The notes below the pieces were generated by a model. That model was not told the origin of the DNA. It did not search any database and saw nothing but the letters and a program-made list of their open reading frames with translations. A stretch of DNA of 64,000 bases from contig JAFGHF010000063.1 of the NCBI GenBank assembly GCA_016939375.1, forward strand, positions 2,119 through 66,118, given 5' to 3'. A program made the position numbers and the translations under genes. Source of the stretch: Candidatus Omnitrophota bacterium (GTDB lineage: Bacteria; Omnitrophota; Gorgyraeia; JAFGHF01). Shown piece by piece: positions 35,877-45,500 of this stretch (the first letter of the stretch is position 1; each line of letters opens with the position of its first letter).

Positions 35877-36629
35877 TTAAGCTACCCTGTTGAGCAGCCG
35901 GCCAATGTCTTCGATCTCCACCTCGACCTTATCCCCTTTTTTCATGCTGCCCACTCCGGGAGGCGTACCAGTGGAGATTATATCTCCGGGAAACAAAGTC
36001 ATTATCCGCGAAATAAAAGAGACTAGATACCCGGGTGAGAAGATAAAATTTTTGGTGGAAGAGTCTTGTTTTAGCCTGCCGTTCAAATATAACCTGACCT
36101 GTTTATCTGTAGGATCAAAGTGCGTCTCTATCCAGGGGCCAAGCGGGGCAAAGCTGTCAAATGATTTCGCCCTTGTCCATTGGACGTCTTTTTTTTGCAA
36201 GTCGCGCGCAGTCACATCATTAAGACAAGTATAGCCGAAAATATGCCCTGCGGCTTTTCCCTTAGAGACATCTTTTGTTTTTCTTCCGATCACTATGGCC
36301 AGCTCCGCTTCGTAATCAAGCCTCTTTACGCCTTTGGGATAAATAATATTATCACCGGGGCCGATGGCAGCTGTATTGGGTTTAAGAAATATCAGAGGCT
36401 CGCTGGGCACCTTCATCCCCAGTTCGCGGGCATGGTCGGTGTAATTAAGTCCTACAAGTATCACCTTGGAAGGGGCTGCTGGAGCCAAAAATAAAACCTT
36501 ATCTCGCGATATTTTTTGAGAGGACAATTCAATTTTATTAAAAGGGGCTTTCTTAAGCAATATAACGGTATCGCCCTCTACCTTCGCCCAACGTATCTGG
36601 TCTTTAACAAAAACACGTGCGATCTTCAT
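35877..36629 (-). CDS. Fumarylacetoacetate hydrolase (FAH) family protein
   Basis: FLKPNTAAIGPGDNIIYP...DYEAELAIVIG. Confidence 0.85.
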   Translation of the reverse strand: MKIARVFVKDQIRWAKVEGDTVILLKKAPFNKIELSSQKISRDKVLFLAPAAPSKVILVGLNYTDHARELGMKVPSEPLIFLKPNTAAIGPGDNIIYPKGVKRLDYEAELAIVIGRKTKDVSKGKAAGHIFGYTCLNDVTARDLQKKDVQWTRAKSFDSFAPLGPWIETHFDPTDKQVRLYLNGRLKQDSSTKNFIFSPGYLVSFISRIMTLFPGDIISTGTPPGVGSMKKGDKVEVEIEDIGRLLNRVA

Positions 36630-37405
36630 TTCTGCAGTCCGAAAAATTCCATGCTACTGTTATTGCATACTTGCGCAATTTGGTCCTCAGAAATTTTTTT
36701 TATTTCCGCCACTGCTTTTAGCGTTCTAAAGACATCTTTGGGCCGGGAAAAGTATTCGCCTTCTGCGGGTTTATACCTGACAGGGGAATCCGTCTCTAAA
36801 AAGATTTTCTCTAGCGGCGCTCTGGCGATTGCGCTTTTGTGCTCCGGACTATATTCAGCCGCTGGCGTGGCTGAAATACAATAACCCCTCTCAAGCAATT
36901 CCTCCAATACATCCTGCGGTCCGCTGTACCAGTGAAATTCGGCTTCTTTTATATCGTATCGGCTGAGCATCTCCAAACAGGCCCGCCATGCTCCGCGGCT
37001 GTGTACGACTACTGGCTTATCGTAGCGCTTGGCCATATCAAGCTGCTTTTCAAAAACAAGGTTTTGCAGCTGGCGCCCGGGTCCTTCTTTACGCGCCGGC
37101 TTATACCAGTAGTCCAACCCTATTTCCCCTAAGGCAACGATATCTTTGATATTTTCCTCTATAAAACTAAGGGCGTCTTCCGGGTCGCAGCCTTCAACGT
37201 AACCGGGATGAACGCCCATAGCAGGATATATCGGCAAGATATCTTTATATCTGGGGCAAATATCGAGGAGCTCTCGATTTGATTGGGGCCCCTGGCCTAC
37301 AGCTATTACAGCTTCTACCCCCGCCTCTCTTGCCTCTTCTAAAGCCTTTTTTAAATCATCTATCTCTTCCAAATGCGCGTGGGTGTCTATTAACTTAGGC
37401 ATCAT
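36626..37405 (-). CDS. TatD family metal-dependent hydrolase
   Basis: LIDTHAHL N-terminal motif; 259 aa. Confidence 0.88.
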   Translation of the reverse strand: MMPKLIDTHAHLEEIDDLKKALEEAREAGVEAVIAVGQGPQSNRELLDICPRYKDILPIYPAMGVHPGYVEGCDPEDALSFIEENIKDIVALGEIGLDYWYKPARKEGPGRQLQNLVFEKQLDMAKRYDKPVVVHSRGAWRACLEMLSRYDIKEAEFHWYSGPQDVLEELLERGYCISATPAAEYSPEHKSAIARAPLEKIFLETDSPVRYKPAEGEYFSRPKDVFRTLKAVAEIKKISEDQIAQVCNNSSMEFFGLQK

Positions 37406-37912
37406 CTAATACAGGGCCATTATCTTTGAAGTCATGATACTTAACATCACTACGGCGATTATTACTTTGGCTATGATAGAACCTACTCTGCCCAGGATGC
37501 CTCCGGCTCCGGACTTAAGCGATTTTACCAGATCGCGCTGGACAACAAGCTCCACCAAAAAAGCGCCCAAAAAGATCCCTAAAAAAGTACCTAAAATAAG
37601 GCCCACGCCCAAAAGACCGGCGCCAAAAAGCGCCCCTAATATCCCGCCTATGATAGCCCCGGCCACGGCGCGATTGGAAGCACCGAACTTTTTCGCCCCG
37701 ATGATGATAAAGACATATTCCATAAGCTCGCCGAAAAGATAAAGGACGAAAAGGATGATCAGCGTTTTTATACCCAGCACCTGGAACTCCGTCATGATCG
37801 CATACAGCACAGAACCTATCAGCATGATTAACGTGCCGAAAGTAGTAAAGAAAATAGCGGCGAAGCCTATAAGGCTGAATATGATCAGTATAGAGAGGGC
37901 TAATATTTCCAT
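37406..37912 (-). CDS. DUF456-like integral membrane protein
   Basis: 168 aa; Gly-rich TM helices. Confidence 0.5.
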   Translation of the reverse strand: MEILALSILIIFSLIGFAAIFFTTFGTLIMLIGSVLYAIMTEFQVLGIKTLIILFVLYLFGELMEYVFIIIGAKKFGASNRAVAGAIIGGILGALFGAGLLGVGLILGTFLGIFLGAFLVELVVQRDLVKSLKSGAGGILGRVGSIIAKVIIAVVMLSIMTSKIMALY

Positions 37913-37924
37913 TTAAACCTCACC

Positions 37925-38995
37925 TTAAATATACTCTTTATGCCTTAACTGCAATAAGAGTTCTTCTTTTTTATCGGAATTGTCCAAAGCCGATTGCGGG
38001 GATATTTTTTTCTGCTCCACAAGCTCAAGCAGGCACTGGTTAAAGGTCTTCATCCCGTAAATCTCACCGGTAGCGATATATTTAGGCAACTCCCACAATT
38101 TATTTTCCCTGATCAATCTTGATACTGTGGGGCTTAAGGTCATCACCTCATAGGCCGGAGCCAGCCCTTCGGTATCAATACGGGGAATAAGCCGCAAAGA
38201 GACTACGCCTTTAAGCAAATTGGACAATTGATTGAATAAAAAATGGTGCTGCTCGGGCGGGAAGAAGTTCACGATCCTCTCCACGGTAGAGGCGGCATCG
38301 ACGGTATGCACGGTAGAAAGTACCAACACTCCTGTTTCCGCGGCCGTAAGCGCTGCGTGGCAGGTATGCTCGTCCCTGATATTGCCGATGAAGATGACAT
38401 CGGGAGAGTGGATAGTAAATTGCTTGAGCGCATCGGCATAGGAGAAGACATCCTTGCCTATGTCTCTTTGGTTTATTATCGATTTTTTATCTGTAAAGGT
38501 AAACTCGATCGGCTCCTCTACAGCCAAGATGTGTCTTCTAAAATTCTGATTTATGTGTTCGATCATCGCGGCAATGGTGGTAGACTTGCCGCTGCCGGTG
38601 ATCCCGGTAAGCAAGACCAAGCCGCGCCTTTCGTTGCAGAATTTTTTTAACACCTTACCCGGGAGATTGAGATCCTCGAATGTGCCGATATTCAAATTGA
38701 TCTTCCTGATGACCATGGCCAGGGTACTGCGCTGATAAAAGATGCCTACGCGGAACCTCCAGCTACCCTCATAGGTGGTGGCGAATTCATAGCTCTTATT
38801 TTGCTGCAGCTGCTCTTTCCCCGCCTTTCCGATCATCTCAAAGACGATCTTCTCCACATCATCATTATCAAAGAGATGGTCTTTGAGCGTGACCACTTCG
38901 GTGTACACCCTTCCTTTTAGATAGCTTCCCACGCTGATAAATAAGTCGGAGACTTCCCTTTCGATCATTATAGAGAGGATCTCATTAAAGTTCAT
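37925..38995 (-). CDS. pilT: Twitching motility / pilus retraction ATPase PilT
   Basis: 356 aa; Walker A GITGSGKSTT, PilT family. Confidence 0.9.
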   Translation of the reverse strand: MNFNEILSIMIEREVSDLFISVGSYLKGRVYTEVVTLKDHLFDNDDVEKIVFEMIGKAGKEQLQQNKSYEFATTYEGSWRFRVGIFYQRSTLAMVIRKINLNIGTFEDLNLPGKVLKKFCNERRGLVLLTGITGSGKSTTIAAMIEHINQNFRRHILAVEEPIEFTFTDKKSIINQRDIGKDVFSYADALKQFTIHSPDVIFIGNIRDEHTCHAALTAAETGVLVLSTVHTVDAASTVERIVNFFPPEQHHFLFNQLSNLLKGVVSLRLIPRIDTEGLAPAYEVMTLSPTVSRLIRENKLWELPKYIATGEIYGMKTFNQCLLELVEQKKISPQSALDNSDKKEELLLQLRHKEYI

Positions 38996-39088
38996 CTTCT
39001 TCCCCTTTTTTGAGGCTTCTGGCTTTATTTAAAGGTATTACCAGGTTTATTATACCTGAATTTTTGCCATGATTCAAATAGCAATTTA

Positions 39089-40966
39089 TTAATAAGGCAG
39101 CAATACAAACCAAAACGGCAAGCCGGGAAATTTGGGGCGCATAATCGAGTTTATCTTATCCTCGTCTATGCCTTCAGGAAACTGATAGGGTAAAGCAAAA
39201 GCCAGTTCAAATCTCTTTTCATTGAGTACATGCAGCTCTACTGCCGGGTCGTGATAGCGAAACTGAAGCTCCTCAGACTCTGGCTTTAAAAATATAAAAC
39301 CTTTTTGCATATCCTCTACGTATTGCCTGATGATTTGCTTAATAAAGTCCTCCTTGGTGCGCTTGCTGATAAGGTAACGTCCTCCTCCCGGTCCGGATAA
39401 AGCTATCTTTTCTTTACGCAGGCTCTCTTGCGCCTGTTGGTTGTCCAGCTCCAAATTGGTCACAAAGGGAATGATGGTGCCAAACCCGGCGGCCTTTAAG
39501 GTATTGTAATATATAAGCCAGATGCCTTGAGGATCGACCTTCTGCTCGCCTTGGTAGTCATGCGGGCTAAAGACATCGCTGCCCGGGGAATCAAGGACCG
39601 CGAATCCACCTTTGTTCAGGCGCTTCCTGACGAATTGATAGAACTCCCGGCTATATAATTTGGCCATATCATAATCATAAGGGTCGGGAAAGTCGATAAA
39701 TATGGCATCGAACTTCTCTTGAGAGTCTTTGATATAATGGTATCCGTCGGCTATATTGACCTCTACCTTCGGGTCTTCCAGAGAACCGCGGTTTAAATAG
39801 CTCAATACAGGGTGACTCTTGGCCAATTGTATCATCCGCTCATCGATCTCCACCTGGACTATCTTTTGCACCTGGGGATATTTCAAAAGCTCCCTGTTAA
39901 GCAACCCATCGCCAGCACCTAAAACCAATATCTTTTTAGGCACAGCCCCGTTCAATATGATCGGCAGATGTGCGAAATATTCATGATAGACCTCTTCCTC
40001 ATCTGTAGAAAACTGAAAGTCGCCGTTTAAAAACAAGTAATAATCGCGGGGATATTGCGGGTCTTTTATATATTTTGTGCTGTAGGAATCGACCAGGATA
40101 CGGGTAAAAGGGTCCTTATCCAGTTTATAGCGCACGATGTCTATCTTTTGATAGGGAGAGCTGTATCTTTCAACCTGGGAGAGACCCCGGCATGGCCGAA
40201 AGAGGGCGGAAAAGTCTTGGAACGATTCATAATAGTAATAATATTTCTGCAAAAAATATTGCTGGATGCCGTTTATATTGAAAAAGGCTACGACGATGAG
40301 CACCGACAATGAAAATCCCACGCCTGCCTTTACGGGGAATCCGGCACTTTTTTTGAGGAAACTAAAAAGAATGAACAAGGCCACTGCCAGATTCAAAAAA
40401 GCGACCACAAGACCGACGCTGATTACCTCGAAGTTCGGCAATAATAGCAAGGGAAAACTAAAGGCCCCGGCAAGCGAACCAAAATAATCCATCGCCAAGA
40501 CCCTGTTAGTGACTTTCTTCTCTTTGCAGAGCTCATTGGCGATAGCGATAAGCAAAGGCAGTTCCAGGCCTGTTAAAAAACCTACCCCTACGACAACTAG
40601 AAATGACAAGGTAAAGAACGTACCCACTCCCAGAAGCAGTTTATCTTCCAAAAACATATATCCATATATCATATGGGCGTAATGGACTATGGCTACCGCC
40701 AGACCACCGGCAAGGCTGAGAAGGATCTCCACAAAAAATAATGAGCGCCATCTCTCTTTTTTGCCAAAAAGCCTCTGGCAAAGGAGCGCACCTATGCCCA
40801 TTGCCCCTAAATACAGTCCGATAGTCACGCTATAGCGTATGACTGTGTTGATGGACAAAAGAGAAACAGTCTGGGCTATCATCAGCTCATAAAGTATGCT
40901 GCAGGCGGCTAAAACAAAGCTGATGATGTAGACTAAAGTCATCGCAGAACCTGTCTTTTTATCCAT
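39089..40966 (-). CDS. speE: Membrane-anchored polyamine aminopropyltransferase (spermidine synthase with an N-terminal multi-TM domain)
   Basis: N-terminal ~230 aa polytopic domain, then KILVLGAGDGLLNREL...DAIFIDFPDP. Confidence 0.85.
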   Translation of the reverse strand: MDKKTGSAMTLVYIISFVLAACSILYELMIAQTVSLLSINTVIRYSVTIGLYLGAMGIGALLCQRLFGKKERWRSLFFVEILLSLAGGLAVAIVHYAHMIYGYMFLEDKLLLGVGTFFTLSFLVVVGVGFLTGLELPLLIAIANELCKEKKVTNRVLAMDYFGSLAGAFSFPLLLLPNFEVISVGLVVAFLNLAVALFILFSFLKKSAGFPVKAGVGFSLSVLIVVAFFNINGIQQYFLQKYYYYYESFQDFSALFRPCRGLSQVERYSSPYQKIDIVRYKLDKDPFTRILVDSYSTKYIKDPQYPRDYYLFLNGDFQFSTDEEEVYHEYFAHLPIILNGAVPKKILVLGAGDGLLNRELLKYPQVQKIVQVEIDERMIQLAKSHPVLSYLNRGSLEDPKVEVNIADGYHYIKDSQEKFDAIFIDFPDPYDYDMAKLYSREFYQFVRKRLNKGGFAVLDSPGSDVFSPHDYQGEQKVDPQGIWLIYYNTLKAAGFGTIIPFVTNLELDNQQAQESLRKEKIALSGPGGGRYLISKRTKEDFIKQIIRQYVEDMQKGFIFLKPESEELQFRYHDPAVELHVLNEKRFELAFALPYQFPEGIDEDKINSIMRPKFPGLPFWFVLLPY

Positions 40967-40972
40967 AATCCT

Positions 40973-41332
40973 CTAAACACCCCTGGGTATGACTTTCACC
41001 CTCGCCTCTTTAGCTCGGAACTTCTTTTTTAAATCGTCTATGGTAATCTGCGCATCCATCTCCCCGCAGGTAAGGATGTCCAGGGCGATATAATCGGCCT
41101 CCGGCCAGGTATGGATGGCGAAATGCGACCAGGAGATGACTACGACTCCGGTCACGCCATAGGGCTGGAACTGGTGAAAAAGATATTTTAATATCTTGGT
41201 CCCGCTTTTCTTGGCTGCCTGCAAAAAGGGCTCTTCTACATCTTTGACGAATTTGATTTTTTCTTTGTCGCAACCTATAAGTTCTACCAGGTAATGCTTA
41301 CCGAACTCCTGCTTGAGATTATCCACTATCAT
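40973..41332 (-). CDS. speH: S-adenosylmethionine decarboxylase proenzyme (class 1 bacterial/archaeal type)
   Basis: VISWSHFAIHTWPE...ALDILTCG. Confidence 0.88.
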   Translation of the reverse strand: MIVDNLKQEFGKHYLVELIGCDKEKIKFVKDVEEPFLQAAKKSGTKILKYLFHQFQPYGVTGVVVISWSHFAIHTWPEADYIALDILTCGEMDAQITIDDLKKKFRAKEARVKVIPRGV

Positions 41333-42030
41333 CCCCCTATATATCTATTGATACAGAATTCATTGATATGCGCGGCAGATTTTAGACAAAACATTATAAT
41401 CACAAAAAGGACCGCTTGCGCCGATAAAAAGGCATAATATTGCTTCCTTTTATGCGGCGGAACCATTCCTCTCTGTGTAAATAAACAAAGTCCGGCCAGG
41501 GAGTTTAGGCTGGCCACAAAAAAGGCACTGGCCACAAGGCCCAGCCGGGGATAAAAGATAAAGGCGAAAAAGACAGAGCCCAAGAGCGCACCGACATAGT
41601 CCACAGCCAATATAGGGTTCTCCGAAGGCCCTTTCTCCCTATTGCTTATCTCCATCAAAAGCGGAAGCTCAAAGCCGGTAAACACCCCCACAAGGATGAT
41701 AAGCGCATGCGCCGATAATGAAAATGCCAACCTGCTTGGGGCTACTAGATTCAAGGAATGTAAAATGACGACCGAAAATCCACCGATGAGCGTCAAGAGT
41801 ATCTCTACCTTAAGCAGGACTAAAACGGGGTTTTTGACGGTCTTGCCCTCAGCCAGCAAAGCGCCAAAACCCATAGAGAATAGATATAGCCCGATGGTAA
41901 TACTATACCTTAATACAGTATTTTCCAGGAAAGCGGATAAAGACTGGGCCAGCAACAGCTCATAAACAATACTGCAGAAGGCCAGGATAAGCTTGATTAA
42001 AAGGATAATATTTTTTTGTCTCATGGTCAA
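41329..42030 (-). CDS. Stand-alone paralog of the SpeE N-terminal membrane domain (233 aa)
   Basis: CSIVYELLLAQSLSAFLENTVLRYSITIGLYLFSMGFGALL parallels the speE N-terminus CSILYELMIAQTVSLLSINTVIRYSVTIGLYLGAMGIGALL. Confidence 0.65.
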   Translation of the reverse strand: MTMRQKNIILLIKLILAFCSIVYELLLAQSLSAFLENTVLRYSITIGLYLFSMGFGALLAEGKTVKNPVLVLLKVEILLTLIGGFSVVILHSLNLVAPSRLAFSLSAHALIILVGVFTGFELPLLMEISNREKGPSENPILAVDYVGALLGSVFFAFIFYPRLGLVASAFFVASLNSLAGLCLFTQRGMVPPHKRKQYYAFLSAQAVLFVIIMFCLKSAAHINEFCINRYIGG

Positions 42031-43067
42031 TAAGCGGGCTTCTTGCGCAAGTACAAGGACCTGCCCAAAAAGTACCCAAGTAAAAGATTACAAATGACTA
42101 AAAAGGCTAATATCGCTATAGAAGCACCCAGACTGGGTTCTTTTAAAGAAAAGGCAAAGCGGGTGATCCTGAACCCGATGACAACAGTCAGGATATAAAT
42201 CCATAGGATCGCCAAAGCATAGTACTTAAGCGGTGTTTTTAACAAGAAGCTTTTAATGCGCGGATAACGCTCAACCGACATATGGAGGGCGGGAATCACC
42301 ATCAAATAAAAACCGATTAACCCCGACATAAAAAACGGTGACGGTTTGAATATGGCCGGGCCCCAGACATTCGAATCATCGAATACGGTAAATAAATTTC
42401 CCGAAAAAGCAGAGGCCAGAAACAGGACGATTCCCATCCAGGGCAACAACCTTATTTTCGGGCTATTGCGGTCAAAAAGGTAGCCCAAAAAGATGCCTAA
42501 CACAAAAATCGAAAACCAGGGAAAAAATGGCCAGTAGTTCTCGCCCCAAAAATCACCAAAGATAATAGAATATAGATAAAAATGCCTGAATTGAAGGAGC
42601 GGAAATATGTTCGAGAAAAACAGAGCCGTCATTCCCAGAATCATCAGCCCTATTTTACTGGATAAAGCGGAAAACCTTTTCACAAAGGGATAAGAGATCA
42701 CCATGGATAGAGCGACAAACTGCAGCACATCCCAGTCTATGGCATCTTCCAGGCCCCAGGCCAAAGAGTTCATCAAAAATCCCAGCATAGAAAGAATAAA
42801 GGCCCTTTTCAGGACCTTGCCCCAGCCTATGTTTTTATTATTGACATAGACAAAAAAGGTCATCGCCGCTAACGTGGCTAACATAAAAGGAAAAAAATGT
42901 ACGCCTGTGCGGAAGAAGATTTCCAAAAACCGGCGGGCCTGCGCATAACGCAATCCCCCCTGGTCATCGACCACAAACATGCCTACTATCGGCTGGGCGA
43001 CTATTACCGTGATGATCCCTATTGCCTTTAGCAGGTCTATACTGAGATACCTTTTACGGTTTTCCAT
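42027..43067 (-). CDS. Polytopic membrane protein, acyltransferase-3/DUF1624-like
   Basis: 346 aa, ~10 TM. Confidence 0.45.
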   Translation of the reverse strand: MENRKRYLSIDLLKAIGIITVIVAQPIVGMFVVDDQGGLRYAQARRFLEIFFRTGVHFFPFMLATLAAMTFFVYVNNKNIGWGKVLKRAFILSMLGFLMNSLAWGLEDAIDWDVLQFVALSMVISYPFVKRFSALSSKIGLMILGMTALFFSNIFPLLQFRHFYLYSIIFGDFWGENYWPFFPWFSIFVLGIFLGYLFDRNSPKIRLLPWMGIVLFLASAFSGNLFTVFDDSNVWGPAIFKPSPFFMSGLIGFYLMVIPALHMSVERYPRIKSFLLKTPLKYYALAILWIYILTVVIGFRITRFAFSLKEPSLGASIAILAFLVICNLLLGYFLGRSLYLRKKPAY

Positions 43068-44677
43068 AACTGCTGCTCCGCAATCTTTCCTGTTTTAGTC
43101 TTGGGCAATTCCTTCAAGAAATATATAGATACAGGCCGGGCATAAGAGCCGACTCTTTTGCAAATCTTCTCATTGATCTCTTTTTCTCTTTGAGCGGTCC
43201 TTTTTGCCAGCACACAAAGATAAATCTTATTAAATGAAAAAAGGACTTTTGCCGCCTTTATCCCCTTTAACCTTGCCACCTCTTTCTCGATTATAGCTGG
43301 CTCCAAATAACGCCCTTTAATCTTCAGGAGGCTGTCGCTTCTGCCTAATAATTCAAGGTAACCCCTTTTCTCCTTTGCCAAGTCCATAGTGTCAAAAAAG
43401 AGATGCCCCTTATCAAAGCGTTTAAGAAAACCTATCTGGTCATTCAAATAACCGGAACAGAAAGAAGGCAGGAGGTTTTTTATCCAAAGTTTGCCTATCC
43501 CCTTTTTATCTTTAGCGCTAAGGCGGTATTGCACTCCTAAAAACGGCTTCATGAAATGGATCTGATTGAACTTTTTGTATTTGATAGGCATAGGCAGGCT
43601 AGAAAGGATCGCCATCGTCTCGGCAGTGCCGCAGATATTTACGATTTTTGAATCGGCAAAATATCTTTTACACTTTTCCCATTGAGGCTTGCTCATCTTC
43701 TCGGACATAAAGATCAGGGTCAGGCCCCTCTCTGTCCTATGTTCGACTTTATCAAGAAACGACGGTATTGCTAAAAGGGCATCCGCTCTTTCGGCCTTAA
43801 TGATCCTTTTGGCTTCTTTGGCCAGAAAGACGATGTCCTCGCATATCACAGTCTTGTTGGCTAAAAACAAGGAGGCATAGTAAAAGATAAACGTCGGGGC
43901 AAAGGCAAAATTCAATGTATTAATCATGGTGGCGTTTCCCCGAAAGCCCAAATACGCCCTCTCGAACAAATAAGTGGAAAGAAACGCCCCTAGGGAACCG
44001 CTGGTTATTATTTTTGGTAAAGCGGTGGTGCCGGATGTAAAGACAATAAAGGTGGGCTCGGAGGCATCTAAGGCAACGGTCCGCCAACAGGCAGATTTAG
44101 ACATGCCTTGTTGAAGACGCCTTTTTTCTATCATTTTCAGCTTGGGCAATTTTTTGCCGAAGGATGAAATATCCTTGTCATAAATCAAAAAGTCAGCTCT
44201 TACCTTATCAACATAATAGTCTCTGGCGTCTTTGGGAAATCCCTCGTATAGAAACCCAAAAATGGCCCCAGCTCTCTGCAGGGCCAGGGCCAATAAAAGG
44301 CTTAGTTCCTTACTTTCGTTGCTGAGCAGGATCAAGACCTTGGATCTTCTATTGACACCCTCTTTTCTTAAGAAAAAACATAGTTTTTTTACTGTCACAA
44401 GCAGACTGCCGTAGGTATAGCTCTTTCTGGTTGCATCGCTTCCGTAAAACACCAAGATCTCTTTGTTTGTCAGCCCCTTGCGGATATTCCTCTCCAGGAT
44501 ATTTTCGCTATAATTGATCTTGCCCTGCAGAAACCATCTGCGCGGACCTTTTTCTATCGGCGAGCATAGCCGCTTAAAAGGCTTATCCCAGATGAAAGAC
44601 CGGGCAATATCATCCCAGAACCGCTCTGGGTCTTTTTTAAAACCGCGCATGTAAGAATAATAACGGCTTTTGCCCAC
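43037..44677 (-). CDS. AMP-binding (adenylate-forming) enzyme, acyl-CoA synthetase-like
   Basis: FTSGTTALPK, GTAET, LPKTKTGKI motifs. Confidence 0.75.
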   Translation of the reverse strand: MGKSRYYSYMRGFKKDPERFWDDIARSFIWDKPFKRLCSPIEKGPRRWFLQGKINYSENILERNIRKGLTNKEILVFYGSDATRKSYTYGSLLVTVKKLCFFLRKEGVNRRSKVLILLSNESKELSLLLALALQRAGAIFGFLYEGFPKDARDYYVDKVRADFLIYDKDISSFGKKLPKLKMIEKRRLQQGMSKSACWRTVALDASEPTFIVFTSGTTALPKIITSGSLGAFLSTYLFERAYLGFRGNATMINTLNFAFAPTFIFYYASLFLANKTVICEDIVFLAKEAKRIIKAERADALLAIPSFLDKVEHRTERGLTLIFMSEKMSKPQWEKCKRYFADSKIVNICGTAETMAILSSLPMPIKYKKFNQIHFMKPFLGVQYRLSAKDKKGIGKLWIKNLLPSFCSGYLNDQIGFLKRFDKGHLFFDTMDLAKEKRGYLELLGRSDSLLKIKGRYLEPAIIEKEVARLKGIKAAKVLFSFNKIYLCVLAKRTAQREKEINEKICKRVGSYARPVSIYFLKELPKTKTGKIAEQQLWKTVKGISV

Positions 44678-44783
44678 TTCACCCCCATTTTACTTCAGCC
44701 TTTTTTTGATTATAGCATATAGAGAAGCAAAATAACACCCTTTATTGCCTATCTATTCTAAGGTAATTTTGTAAATTTTACAA

Positions 44784-44812
44784 TTGATTATTATGTAGCC
44801 AAGTGCTATACT
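44784..44812 (+). promoter_or_regulatory. Sigma-70-type promoter TTGATT-N17-TATACT; near-leaderless
   Basis: -35 at 44784-44789, -10 at 44807-44812, ATG at 44823. Confidence 0.55.
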
Positions 44813-44822
44813 ATTATGTAAC

Positions 44823-45497
44823 ATGAAAACGATATTGAACCGAACCCTGCTTTCCAGTCAAGATTTTAGACGGCTGAAAGAGTCTTTTTTTTCATCTTCC
44901 CCTCATCAGGCAAGCCCATCTCATACAAACATAAAGAAAAAAGTGATAATGACCGCGTCTTTGGCCTTCGTTGTCTTGCTTATCGGTTTCGCATTTTTTT
45001 CTAATTTTGACATCGTCATCTTATCTAATCCCAACCATATTTTTGGAAACGACGCGATAGACCTGCTCTCCAAAGAAGAACTTGCCACGGCTTCTATCAT
45101 AGCCCCGGCGGGAAATTCAAAAATAGCGAAAAAGCTTATACTCGTGGATATCCCTTTTGACCGCAAAGCCGGTTTTAGCCTGAATTTTAAAGACAAAATG
45201 GACATGTCCGATTCCAATGTAGCCCTGGTCTTAAAAAACCCCGGACAGGATTTTAATATAGACGTGGTCTTACGCGACAACCGTTTTTTCTCCAATTCGC
45301 TTAATCCTATTACGCTTGAGGTGTCGGGGGCAACTGAAACATCGGAATATATCAAAGTCCCCATAAATATCGAACATAGCAATATTTCCAACATCAACCT
45401 CTTGGGCATAAGCCAATTACGTTTTGTGTTCTCTCAAAAAAAGGAAGATTCTTTACCTGTTTTTGTAAAAAACGTCTTGTATGAAAAAAGGAGGTAG
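44823..45497 (+). CDS. Hypothetical single-pass membrane protein (224 aa)
   Basis: One TM (ASLAFVVLLIGFAFF) followed by a ~170 aa extracytoplasmic region. Confidence 0.5.
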   Translation: MKTILNRTLLSSQDFRRLKESFFSSSPHQASPSHTNIKKKVIMTASLAFVVLLIGFAFFSNFDIVILSNPNHIFGNDAIDLLSKEELATASIIAPAGNSKIAKKLILVDIPFDRKAGFSLNFKDKMDMSDSNVALVLKNPGQDFNIDVVLRDNRFFSNSLNPITLEVSGATETSEYIKVPINIEHSNISNINLLGISQLRFVFSQKKEDSLPVFVKNVLYEKRR

Positions 45498-45500
45498 GGA

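Noticed and set aside
41010-41273. 87-aa ORF in an alternative frame, same strand, overlapping speH
   Set aside because: Arg-rich, lying inside the well-conserved speH gene.
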